Below, one piece after another: positions 32,484 through 41,090 of a stretch of DNA of 64,000 nt (the stretch's first letter is position 1; each line of letters starts with the position of its first letter). The stretch comes from a virus (taxonomy: Duplodnaviria; Heunggongvirae; Uroviricota; Caudoviricetes). Where the stretch lies: IMG/VR virus record IMGVR_UViG_3300031873_001030; one strand, written 5' to 3'. The position numbers and the translations under genes are program-made. Under the pieces are notes generated by a model that saw nothing but the letters and a program-made list of their open reading frames with translations, was not told the DNA's origin and searched no databases.

Positions 32484-32484
32484 A

Positions 32485-32506
32485 GAAACTTTTTCAAAAA
32501 AGTTTC
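32485..32506. repeat. GAAACTTTTT-ca-AAAAAGTTTC palindrome 1 nt after the SPFH stop
   Basis: Read directly. Confidence 0.85.
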
Positions 32507-32564
32507 ATCAAAAAATCTGTGGTAGGGTTTGGTATATTGATTTTGTTAGTGAGGAGTATATAAA

Positions 32565-32807
32565 ATGACGAAAACAATAGTTGAGGAAAGTGTGATGCCG
32601 CATAAAAATGATTTCAGTTTTGACGAAGGAAAATCTTTTCTTGTAGAGGAATTTAAGATTAATGATAATCTTAGAAGAAGATATGTGAAGCTTATTGACC
32701 AGCATGGAAAATTCGAATTGTCTTTGTCACAGTTCAAATGGATTGTTGAAAAAGTCAATTGCATAGAATCTGAAGTAAATGTATATGAAAAACAATTGAG
32801 ATTGTGA
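32565..32807 (+). CDS. hypothetical protein
   Basis: ORF track. Confidence 0.45.
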   Translation: MTKTIVEESVMPHKNDFSFDEGKSFLVEEFKINDNLRRRYVKLIDQHGKFELSLSQFKWIVEKVNCIESEVNVYEKQLRL

Positions 32808-33193
32808 ATATGAAAAATATAAAGATAACGACAAAAATTTGTGACAAGCATTTTGCAATTTTGAGATATGAAAGTGATGATATGATTAGTGCGAAGAAGG
32901 TTTTCAATAAGCTGAATTGTAAGTTTAATTTCAAAGAGACTTGGTTCGTATCTGTTGATGGGATGATTTTTTCCATATCTTTCTGCCTTTATACTTGGTC
33001 GAAATACAAGTCGATGATTTATGCAAAAGGTATTTCAAAGAATTTCCGTGAAGGATGTTTGAAGGATAGGTGCGGTTGTCTTGTGTTGAAACCTGGCTGC
33101 AAGTTTAAAGTATTGTACAAATTCAATCAGGAGCGTTCGAATCAGGAACTTAAGAATAGCATTCAAGATATATTAACTAGGAAAGAATTATAA
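32804..33193 (+). CDS. hypothetical protein
   Basis: ORF track; 4-nt overlap. Confidence 0.45.
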   Translation: MNMKNIKITTKICDKHFAILRYESDDMISAKKVFNKLNCKFNFKETWFVSVDGMIFSISFCLYTWSKYKSMIYAKGISKNFREGCLKDRCGCLVLKPGCKFKVLYKFNQERSNQELKNSIQDILTRKEL

Positions 33194-33200
33194 TTATGGA

Positions 33201-33222
33201 GAACTTTCTTCAAAGAAAGTTC
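33201..33222. promoter_or_regulatory. GAACTTTCTT-ca-AAGAAAGTTC palindrome plus ACAAAGAAA tail
   Basis: Read directly; followed by GGAGGT and ATG 33247. Confidence 0.85.
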
Positions 33223-33246
33223 ACAAAGAAATTGGAGGTAACTGGT

Positions 33247-33501
33247 ATGAGTAAAGAAGCTGCAAGTAAGGAAGATGGTAGAGGAAGAAACGCAGTTTCT
33301 TCCCTAATGCATAAGCTGAAGATGGAAAAAAGATATAAAGGTAAGAAGATTGTTTCGATGAAGGAACGGTTCCTTAAGACTGCGCATCAGAGAGGGAAGA
33401 TGAAAAAAGGAATGACTAAATCCCAGATGAAGAAAGAAATCAAGCAAAGATTAAAAGATAAAAAACCAATATATCAATCAAGGCTTACCGATTATGTTTA
33501 A
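33247..33501 (+). CDS. small basic Lys-rich protein (track start 33196 lies before the palindrome)
   Basis: GGAGGT 8 nt before ATG 33247; in frame with the track ORF. Confidence 0.45.
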   Translation: MSKEAASKEDGRGRNAVSSLMHKLKMEKRYKGKKIVSMKERFLKTAHQRGKMKKGMTKSQMKKEIKQRLKDKKPIYQSRLTDYV

Positions 33502-33829
33502 GAAGAAAAAAGTTTCGGCGAGACAGGAAGTAGAAGATATACGGAATAAAGTACATCAATCTGTACATTCTAAAGATAGGATGTCTTTAAAGGAAGAGCT
33601 TGATGAACTTCATGCACAGATACATGAGTCTGGAAAAGTTCGGATGCCTACTAGGGGGGAGATATATGGACATCCAACAAAGCCGATTGGAATCTGCTTG
33701 AAATGCAAAAAGATGTTTCCGACTGAGCAGCTTCAACGTTATTATATAAATCCAGAAGAGTGTTATTGGTTGTGTCCAAAGTGCGGTTTCAAGAAAAGAA
33801 TGAGAGAAAAGTTTTCATCGAGATTATAA
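33494..33829 (+). CDS. protein with C-terminal zinc ribbon (CLKC...CPKC)
   Basis: ORF track. Confidence 0.5.
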   Translation: MFKKKKVSARQEVEDIRNKVHQSVHSKDRMSLKEELDELHAQIHESGKVRMPTRGEIYGHPTKPIGICLKCKKMFPTEQLQRYYINPEECYWLCPKCGFKKRMREKFSSRL

Positions 33830-33882
33830 TTAAGTGATAAGAGGCAATAGAAAGTGAAAGAAGAAATCATTAATTTCTTTGT

Positions 33883-33904
33883 ATACTTTCTTTGAAGAAA
33901 GTAT
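33883..33904. promoter_or_regulatory. ATACTTTCTT-tg-AAGAAAGTAT palindrome abutting the PrimPol-like start
   Basis: Identical to 31548-31569. Confidence 0.85.
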
Positions 33905-33905
33905 T

Positions 33906-34622
33906 ATGATAGAAGATGAAATTATAAGCGGGAGAATTTCTATTGGTCGGGTTGGTATTTATCTTAATGCTAAGACTAAAGGTGGTTACAATATAGGATT
34001 TAATTTTCTTAATAGTCCAGAGCTGAGGACTGCGGGCGTGTGCAATATCACGAAGGACCAGATGTTTATAATGTTTGCTGATTTTGACAATATAGGTTAT
34101 GAAAAACTTAAAGACCAGTTGGATTTCATAAATAGGAATCATGATGTGAGCAATTTTCTTGTTCTTACGACTGGAAAGAATCGATATCATGTGATAAGTT
34201 TTGAAAAATTCTGGAAACAGGAATTAGTTGACATATTGAAGAATACTTTCTGCGATTATACGTATAAAAGTTTTGTTCCGTTGAAAGTTGACAAGGGCTG
34301 GATACTTAGGGTGACTGAAAAGAGGGATTTGGATAATAATGTTGTGAAGGACAGGCCTGAATATGTAGAATCGTTTTCTTATTCTGAAGTCCCTAAGAGG
34401 AGATTGTCGCGTGCTCACGTAGAATTTTTTTCGAGAATGTATCCTGAATTCAGGAAATTTGCAGAGGAGAAGCTTGATAAAAATTATTGGGATGAGTTTA
34501 CTGTGATTCAGCTGCTGAAATATGGGACAAGCCATGAGAATCTTATTGCAAAATTTGACTTGAAGGATTTGATAGATTCCAAGAAGCTTGAAATAGTGTG
34601 GAAGGACAATATATTTGATTAG
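33906..34622 (+). CDS. archaeo-eukaryotic primase (AEP)/PrimPol-like replication protein (tentative)
   Basis: FIMFADFDNI (hhhDxD) and LTTGKNRYHVISF (sGxxxH) occur in the order and spacing of AEP motifs I and II; motif III is unclear. Confidence 0.5.
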   Translation: MIEDEIISGRISIGRVGIYLNAKTKGGYNIGFNFLNSPELRTAGVCNITKDQMFIMFADFDNIGYEKLKDQLDFINRNHDVSNFLVLTTGKNRYHVISFEKFWKQELVDILKNTFCDYTYKSFVPLKVDKGWILRVTEKRDLDNNVVKDRPEYVESFSYSEVPKRRLSRAHVEFFSRMYPEFRKFAEEKLDKNYWDEFTVIQLLKYGTSHENLIAKFDLKDLIDSKKLEIVWKDNIFD

Positions 34623-34623
34623 T

Positions 34624-34694
34624 GACAATGAACCTCAGAGTAGGAACCAACTGGAAAGTGGAATCAGCAAGTCATAACTGCGAGGTTCATTGTC
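34624..34694 (+). repeat. imperfect-hairpin element, copy 4
   Basis: Outer stem GACAATGAACCTC/GAGGTTCATTGTC; starts 2 nt after the stop of 33906..34622. Confidence 0.75.
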
Positions 34695-34739
34695 AGGCTT
34701 TTATTGTACAAAAACGAAGATTAATATTGAGGACCTTTT

Positions 34740-35402
34740 ATGACCGATATCGATGCCGAAAAAGTTTGGAGCTCTCTTAGAAGGGAAAAGACATTGGATT
34801 TGTTAGGGCTTACTGACAGTGAATTGAGGGATATTGTTGATTCGCTTATTGATGAGGCTGGATTTCCTGCGACTAATTTGGGAGATGAAGCTAGGGAATT
34901 GCTGACAGATGAGGCTAGAAAGGAAGCTGGTCCTGAGGAGGAAGTTGAAAGAGAAAAAGAGATAGAGGAAGCAGAAGAAGTCACTGAAGAAGAGCTTGAA
35001 GCTGCTAGGGAAGGAAGAGCTGAAGAGAGAAGGGAAGAGCGTCTTGAACGTCTTGGAGAAAGGAGACCAAGAAGGGAAAGAGGAGTTGGAATTGAGCCTA
35101 TGGAATTGCCTAAAGTGAAGATTCCAGAAGAGAGGATTCCAGAAATAAGAGTTCCTCCTGGAGTTGAACTTCCAGTTATTCGGGAATTTGAAACTCCATC
35201 TAAGCGCATGGAAAGGGTCATAGGTGAAGTTGAGGGTGGTGTAGAGAAGAGAATAAAAGAGACTGATGAAAAGACAAAAGAGATTAGTAAAGGTCCAGTT
35301 AGTTTTGGCCAGAGAGTTGCCGATACTGCAAGAAATGTGAGGGATACTGTTATTAATGTTTCAAAGCGTATAATTGATAGAATAAGGCAATTAGGTAGAT
35401 AA
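34740..35402 (+). CDS. Glu/Arg-rich acidic protein
   Basis: ORF track; preferred over the Ser-rich antisense ORF 34721..35221. Confidence 0.55.
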   Translation: MTDIDAEKVWSSLRREKTLDLLGLTDSELRDIVDSLIDEAGFPATNLGDEARELLTDEARKEAGPEEEVEREKEIEEAEEVTEEELEAAREGRAEERREERLERLGERRPRRERGVGIEPMELPKVKIPEERIPEIRVPPGVELPVIREFETPSKRMERVIGEVEGGVEKRIKETDEKTKEISKGPVSFGQRVADTARNVRDTVINVSKRIIDRIRQLGR

Positions 35403-35408
35403 TCTTTA

Positions 35409-35490
35409 TGTGATGAGTTAGGGTCCGATGGGGTAAGTTAGGATATTGTGAGGTCGGATGTGGTATGTTTGGTGAGGTAAGGTATGGTCC
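35409..35490 (+). repeat. short GGTNN tract filling the intergenic gap
   Basis: gttag ggtcc gatgg ggtaa gttag ... ggtga ggtaa ggtat ggtcc gatat ggttt. Confidence 0.7.
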
Positions 35491-35502
35491 GATATGGTTT
35501 AA

Positions 35503-35982
35503 GTGATTGATATGAAAATTGAAGTAAGGATGCACCATCTTAGCGAACTTAAGAGAAAGTTGCTTGATTCTGATATGAATCATACCAAGTATATTTTACT
35601 GGATGAGATGAGAGCGACGATAGATAAGTTGAAGGGTGACAGGAATCTCATGTTCAAGATTGTTGCTATGATGTCGAAAGTGACTACTGCTTCTCGGTTG
35701 ACTACTGAAGGGATGATAATGGCTTTGGAAAATATGGTTTTGTTTGATATAATGCAATATGATATTTTACAGGATGGTGATGTGACTGTTTTGAATCTGA
35801 ATGTTGATGATAATTATTTTGAGATTTTTAACAAGATTCCTCTGATTGGCAGGTTTATCTCAACTCTTTCTGGAGGAAGAAAAAGATATTTGGAAGAGGT
35901 GAGAAAAACTATAGAGGAGGATTATACAAAAGATTATACACTGAAAATAATCATGGATGATACAAAGGAGGTTCATGAATAA
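35503..35982 (+). CDS. hypothetical protein
   Basis: ORF track. Confidence 0.5.
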   Translation: MIDMKIEVRMHHLSELKRKLLDSDMNHTKYILLDEMRATIDKLKGDRNLMFKIVAMMSKVTTASRLTTEGMIMALENMVLFDIMQYDILQDGDVTVLNLNVDDNYFEIFNKIPLIGRFISTLSGGRKRYLEEVRKTIEEDYTKDYTLKIIMDDTKEVHE

Positions 35983-36239
35983 TGAATCGCGTCACATTGT
36001 ACATATTAAAATGCGATAATGGAATGTTTTATACTGGTATTACTAGAGATTTAAAAAAGAGACTTTTTCAGCATAGAAATTGTAAAAGTTCTTCATTTGT
36101 AAAAAGAAGAAATTTAAATTTTGATGTTGTTTATACTGAAACTTTTGGGAATTGGACACTTGCTAGAAAAAAGGAAAAATATTATAAGAAGATGAATAGG
36201 GAAAAATTAAAAAAAATTATAAAGAGTGTGACGCGATGA
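35982..36239 (+). CDS. GIY-YIG nuclease-domain protein (paralog 2)
   Basis: LYILKCDNGMFYTGITRDLKKRLFQH...RKKEKYYKKM; colinear with 26599..26859. Confidence 0.8.
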   Translation: MNRVTLYILKCDNGMFYTGITRDLKKRLFQHRNCKSSSFVKRRNLNFDVVYTETFGNWTLARKKEKYYKKMNREKLKKIIKSVTR

Positions 36240-36646
36240 ATTCACTTGTGTGGATTTTGTTGATACTTTATGTTCTGATAGGTGTTGGAGTAGCTGTCAG
36301 CAAGAAATGGATAACGAATAGCACGGGTGAGATAAACTTGCAGAATGTGTTGAGGCTGCAGACTTGGACAAGATTGTTTTTCAATCCATGGACTGTTTTG
36401 ATTTTAGCGGTCTCTATAGGATTGTTCGGAGTTTCTATGTGGGTGTTTTCTCTTGAGAAAGCTAACAGTATAATTTTAGTGAGCATGGTTCTTGGATTAC
36501 CAGCTACGTTGTTCAACGTATTCTTGAATAAGAGGATTCTTGGTGAGATTGTGTCATCTTCACAGTACGTTCCAATTTCTATGACTGTTGTCGGTTATAT
36601 GCTGATGATTGCTGGAGTCTGGTATTTCGTTGGAGGGATAAAGTGA
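36236..36646 (+). CDS. four-TM small transporter-like protein (EamA/SMR-like; possible lipid-sugar flippase subunit)
   Basis: Four hydrophobic helices; function inferred only from the glycan-cluster context. Confidence 0.5.
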   Translation: MNSLVWILLILYVLIGVGVAVSKKWITNSTGEINLQNVLRLQTWTRLFFNPWTVLILAVSIGLFGVSMWVFSLEKANSIILVSMVLGLPATLFNVFLNKRILGEIVSSSQYVPISMTVVGYMLMIAGVWYFVGGIK

Positions 36647-36771
36647 AATTGTCAGATGAAGATAAAAAAGTCTTGAAGGATAAGAAATGGTGGGTTCTTT
36701 TAGCGTTTTCTTTGCTGCTTCTTGGAGTTTTTATATGGTTTGTTAGTTCTCACAGTGGAGCAGGTTTATGA
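36643..36771 (+). CDS. 42-aa single-TM peptide
   Basis: GTGA and ATGA overlaps with both neighbours. Confidence 0.35.
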   Translation: MKLSDEDKKVLKDKKWWVLLAFSLLLLGVFIWFVSSHSGAGL

Positions 36772-37862
36772 AGATAGCAATTCTATTTGATTTCATAGAA
36801 GGATGTGCGGGTGGAGAGAAGTTGTTAAAATTCCTAGCTCAAAAATATGATGCTGATATTTATACTGGCTATGTGGATTGGGACAATACTTATCCAGAAT
36901 TTAAGAATATGCGTATAACTGTCATAGGAAAAATATCAAAGATTCAGATATTGAAGCAGGAGATGCTGATAAGAAGTTTCAGGAAATTGGATTTGTCTGG
37001 ATATGATAAGATAATATGTCTTGGATTGTATTCAATCTACGCAGCGGAGAACTTTTCTTTGAAGAAAAGTTCACAAAAGAAATCAGAGATAATTTGGTAT
37101 CCTTATGGAGTGAGTCCTTTCTACAAAAAGAGAGCCAATATGGATGATAGTTTTGCTAATCAGAGTTTGATTTGGAAGATAGGTGCTTGGATATTGACGC
37201 AAAGGACTAAAGGATATAATAAAAAGATTGTTCAAAATAATATTGACAGGATAGTGACGATATCCACGTATTCAAGGAAATCTTTCAGGGAATATTATGG
37301 AAGGGATTCTGCTGTGATATCGCCGCCAGTGGATATGGATAAACATTATTGGAAACAAAACAAAGGATACTATCTGATTGTATCAAGGTTGCTTGCTGGA
37401 AAGAGAGTTGACTTGGTGATAGAGGCTTTCAAAAAAATGCCAGACAAGATTCTTTATATCGAAGGGATAGGTCATATGGAAAATAAATTGAAGGAGCTTG
37501 CAAATGGATATGATAATATAAAATTTCTTGGAAGGATTCAGTCTGACAAGCTTCCAGAACTTTATTCTGAATGCATAGCTTTTGTGGGAACTGCTCTATA
37601 TGATGATTGGAGCATGCCTATGGTGGAAGCTTTGGCATCAGGGAAACCTTGCATAGCTGTGAATAAGGGGGCATATCCTGAAATCATAAATGACAGGGTT
37701 GGCATATTGGTTGAAGGGACGCCAGAAGGGATAATTGCAGGTGTGAATAAGATTACTCCAGGAATCGCTGAGAGCATGAAGGATGAGTGCATCAAAAGGG
37801 CAAGAAGATGGGGCATGGTAGAATTTGGAAATAAATGGGATAAGATATGCGAAGTATATTAA
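36768..37862 (+). CDS. GT-B glycosyltransferase (GT4-like)
   Basis: C-terminal WSMPMVEALASGKPCIAVNKGAYPEII (E-x7-E type motif). Confidence 0.8.
   Translation: MKIAILFDFIEGCAGGEKLLKFLAQKYDADIYTGYVDWDNTYPEFKNMRITVIGKISKIQILKQEMLIRSFRKLDLSGYDKIICLGLYSIYAAENFSLKKSSQKKSEIIWYPYGVSPFYKKRANMDDSFANQSLIWKIGAWILTQRTKGYNKKIVQNNIDRIVTISTYSRKSFREYYGRDSAVISPPVDMDKHYWKQNKGYYLIVSRLLAGKRVDLVIEAFKKMPDKILYIEGIGHMENKLKELANGYDNIKFLGRIQSDKLPELYSECIAFVGTALYDDWSMPMVEALASGKPCIAVNKGAYPEIINDRVGILVEGTPEGIIAGVNKITPGIAESMKDECIKRARRWGMVEFGNKWDKICEVY
37049..37072. repeat. GAACTTTTCTT-tg-AAGAAAAGTTC palindrome plus ACAAAAGAAA tail, in frame inside the GT4 gene
   Basis: Read directly; encodes ENFSLKKSSQKK. Confidence 0.9.
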
Positions 37863-39082
37863 AATGCAGGTCATGTGGTAGTAAAAAATTGATTCCTTTA
37901 CTGTCATTGGGAAATCAATACATATCTAATTTTGTAAAAAAATCTGAAGAGAGGGGAAAGAAGATACCTCTGACTCTTCTGTTGTGTGAAAATTGCAAAT
38001 TGGTGCAGTCGAAATATACAGCGCCTCGGGAATTGCTATATTCAAAGTATTGGTACAAATCTGGGATAAGTTCTACAATCAGGGATGACTTGAAAGATAT
38101 AGTAGATAGTGTGAAAAAATTTGTTGCTTTGGAGAGGAATGACAAAGTGATTGACATAGGTTGCAATGATGGGACTTTGCTGCGGTATTATAAGAATGAT
38201 GTGGTCAAGATAGGATTTGAACCGTCGGATTTGTATAAGGAAGCTGAAGATGGAAATGATTGGATAGTCCATGATTATTTCAGTCTGCATCCCAAAGGGT
38301 TGGGATATGAAAATTTCTTTGATGTCAGGGCAAAAGTTGTGACTGCAATCTCGATGTTCTATGACTTGGATGACCCGAACCAATTTCTTGAGGATGTGAA
38401 AAATATTCTGCATGAGGATGGCATATTTGTCATACAGCAGAATTATCTTGTGTCCATGATGGAGCAGAATGCTTTTGATAACATTGTACATGAGCATCTG
38501 GAATATTATTCATTGTATTCTTTGGAGAAACTTTTGGACAGGCATGGCATGGAAATTTTTGATGTCAAGATAAGCGGCATAAATGGCGGAAGTTTTAGGA
38601 CATACATAAGATTGAAGAAAGGAAATAAAATCCCGTCAAGACGGGATAAATGTTCTTCTTATTCTCTAAAGTCAATGAGAAAAAAAGAAAAACTTTTGAA
38701 GTTGGACAAAAAAGAAATTTATATGAGATTTGGAAAAAGGGTAAAAAAAATAAGAAGAGATTTGAAATCATTGCTGCTAAAGCTGAAAAAACAGAAGAAG
38801 AGCATAGGGATATATGGGGCATCGACAAGGGGAAATACGATTCTCCAATATTGCGGCATAGACAAATCCATAGTTGATTTTGCGACAGACAAGAATCCAG
38901 ATAAATGGGGCAAGCATACAATCACGATGATACCGATAATATCAATAGAAGAATATAGGAAAAGAAAACCAGATGTCCTTCTTGTGATGACTTGGCATTT
39001 CTTTGACGAGATAAAAAAACAGGAAAAAGATTATGAAGGTGTATTCATAATTCCAATGCCTAAGGTGAGGCTAGTAGCATGA
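37847..39082 (+). CDS. sugar C-methyltransferase-type SAM enzyme (N-terminal Zn-ribbon, SAM domain, C-terminal C-MT domain)
   Basis: CRSCGS...CENC, VIDIGCNDGTLL; overall architecture of NDP-hexose C-methyltransferases. Confidence 0.75.
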   Translation: MRSILKCRSCGSKKLIPLLSLGNQYISNFVKKSEERGKKIPLTLLLCENCKLVQSKYTAPRELLYSKYWYKSGISSTIRDDLKDIVDSVKKFVALERNDKVIDIGCNDGTLLRYYKNDVVKIGFEPSDLYKEAEDGNDWIVHDYFSLHPKGLGYENFFDVRAKVVTAISMFYDLDDPNQFLEDVKNILHEDGIFVIQQNYLVSMMEQNAFDNIVHEHLEYYSLYSLEKLLDRHGMEIFDVKISGINGGSFRTYIRLKKGNKIPSRRDKCSSYSLKSMRKKEKLLKLDKKEIYMRFGKRVKKIRRDLKSLLLKLKKQKKSIGIYGASTRGNTILQYCGIDKSIVDFATDKNPDKWGKHTITMIPIISIEEYRKRKPDVLLVMTWHFFDEIKKQEKDYEGVFIIPMPKVRLVA

Positions 39083-39213
39083 TGTTATGGATAAAAATTG
39101 TGATTGGAATTGCATCGTTCATAGTTGCTGCATTCATATTTTTGGTGATTTCTTTCTACTTTCTGATGAAAGAGCTTGAGAAACGGGAAAGGGAGATGGG
39201 GGAATCTCAATGA
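39079..39213 (+). CDS. 44-aa single-TM peptide
   Basis: ATGA overlaps at both ends. Confidence 0.35.
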   Translation: MMLWIKIVIGIASFIVAAFIFLVISFYFLMKELEKREREMGESQ

Positions 39214-40823
39214 TGGAAATAAAATTTGACCCATATCTGATTGTTTTTATTATCATCGCTCTCGGTGTTTTGGTATTTGAATTGATTGTGACTGTCGGCA
39301 AGCCTCTGGCTTTCGGTGACGAGGCATATCATGCTTACATCGGAAAATATATTGGAACTACGCATACATTTCCAAAGGACCTTCCAGGATTCGGAGGTCT
39401 TTACACGTATTCTCCATTGTTGCATATCATATTGGGTGTGATATATGTATTGCCTTCTGCGTTATGGGTATTGGCAAAGACTGTAGTGCCATTGACTGTT
39501 CTTGTGATAGGGATGTCGATGTTCATTCTTCTGTCGAAATTATATAATAGCAGGCTGGCATTTGTAGCTTCAGTGATAATAATCGCATTGCCGATATTTG
39601 TGACTTATTCAGTTTTGATTTATACTGACATGCTGATGGTATTGTTTTTCTTCCTTTCATTTGCTTTCACATTATTGGCAGATAAATTTGGTAGTAAAAA
39701 ATATTGGTTTCTTGCTGTCGTATTTGCATCTCTTTCTTACTTGTCAAAAACTCCAGGAATAGTGAGTTTCTTGTTCATCGGTGGGTTGCTGGTATATAAA
39801 TTTGCGAAGAAGGAATTGTCTCTGAAACAATTCTTGGCAATATCATTGATATCTATCGGGATTGTGGCAGCATTAGTCGGTTGGTGGTGGGTGAGGAATT
39901 ATGTTGATTTCAAGACGATTGATTGCAATCTTCCTCTTACATTTTTCAACACCGTTATCGGTGTCAAATCAGAATGTTACAATCTGTCGGATGTGATTAC
40001 TAAGGAGAGTGCTGATAAGTTTGCTGGATATGTTGCACCGACTGGTTCGAATCTGGACGTGCTTCATTTTGGATTGAAAGGATTCATGGAATTTGTGTAT
40101 GGAAAAATGTTGTTGGTTCCACTGTTCGTATTTTGTGGAATAATTCTGATGTTGAGAAGGAGAGAACGGAATGACATTTATTTGCTGGTATTATTGCTGC
40201 TGTCTGTATTGCCAGTGATATTTGTAAGTTCTGCAAGAGTGGAGGATGTTGGAAGGTATATAATTCTGTCAACTGTGACTTTTGCCCTGATGTCTGCAGT
40301 TTTTCTTGAGGAGTTTTTCAAGTCAGTGCAAAAGTTTTGGAAATACATACCTGTGTTAATCATCATTGTGATGCTGATATTGTTTTGGCCTGTGTTTAAG
40401 AGCAGGTTGGATACGATGTCACAAGTGAAGACTTTCTCTCCATTGTTCTTTGATGCGTGCGATTGGATAAAAGGAAATACGCCAAATGATGGGATATTCC
40501 TGTCTTTATGGTCAGCTCCTACTGCATATAATTGCGAAAGGACATCAAAATGGAGCACTAATGATTTGCCTGATATTGTACTGAGTCAGAATGTGACGAT
40601 TGTATTGGATGCGTTGGAAAGTGAAAAAATAAATTATATATTCATCCAGAAATTTGCAATGAGCGGTGCTGCATATATAACCATGGTTCCTTACAATTTT
40701 GTAGTATTTCTAGAGAGTAATCCAAATAACTTTCAGAAGGTTTATGAGAATGGACCTTCCTTGAATGATTGTGCGAGTGCTGGCGGATGTGACGGAACTA
40801 TAGTTTATAAAGTGATAAAATGA
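39210..40823 (+). CDS. GT-C family glycosyltransferase (PMT/ArnT-like)
   Basis: ~12 TM helices, a first-loop FGDEAYHAY acidic motif, and a C-terminal soluble domain. Confidence 0.7.
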   Translation: MMEIKFDPYLIVFIIIALGVLVFELIVTVGKPLAFGDEAYHAYIGKYIGTTHTFPKDLPGFGGLYTYSPLLHIILGVIYVLPSALWVLAKTVVPLTVLVIGMSMFILLSKLYNSRLAFVASVIIIALPIFVTYSVLIYTDMLMVLFFFLSFAFTLLADKFGSKKYWFLAVVFASLSYLSKTPGIVSFLFIGGLLVYKFAKKELSLKQFLAISLISIGIVAALVGWWWVRNYVDFKTIDCNLPLTFFNTVIGVKSECYNLSDVITKESADKFAGYVAPTGSNLDVLHFGLKGFMEFVYGKMLLVPLFVFCGIILMLRRRERNDIYLLVLLLLSVLPVIFVSSARVEDVGRYIILSTVTFALMSAVFLEEFFKSVQKFWKYIPVLIIIVMLILFWPVFKSRLDTMSQVKTFSPLFFDACDWIKGNTPNDGIFLSLWSAPTAYNCERTSKWSTNDLPDIVLSQNVTIVLDALESEKINYIFIQKFAMSGAAYITMVPYNFVVFLESNPNNFQKVYENGPSLNDCASAGGCDGTIVYKVIK

Positions 40824-40978
40824 AATCAAAGGAACGGAGATTGCTATTGGCATGTGAAAAGCTGTCTAAGTTAAAACAAGAGGAAAGAGAATTGGAAGAT
40901 AAGTTATATCATGTAAGGATAAAAATTGAAGAATTGTATTATGGGAAGAGGCAAGCAAATGAAATCAGTAAATATTAG
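40820..40978 (+). CDS. 52-aa coiled-coil peptide
   Basis: ATGA overlap with the GT-C stop. Confidence 0.35.
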   Translation: MKSKERRLLLACEKLSKLKQEERELEDKLYHVRIKIEELYYGKRQANEISKY

Positions 40979-41090
40979 GACAGAATCAAAATCAGTGACT
41001 TATGTTTCTTATGAGGATAATCCAGATGAAAAGGAAATGAGAGACTATATTTTGAAGACATTGAACTTTAGAGGTGACTTTCTTTTATGA
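40959..41090 (+). CDS. 43-aa peptide
   Basis: Overlaps both neighbours (ATGA at 41087). Confidence 0.3.
   Translation: MKSVNIRTESKSVTYVSYEDNPDEKEMRDYILKTLNFRGDFLL

Noticed and set aside
34721-35221. 166-aa Ser-rich minus-strand ORF
   Set aside because: It is the antisense reading of the GAA/GAG-rich (Glu-rich) plus-strand gene 34740..35402, which fits the co-oriented operon.
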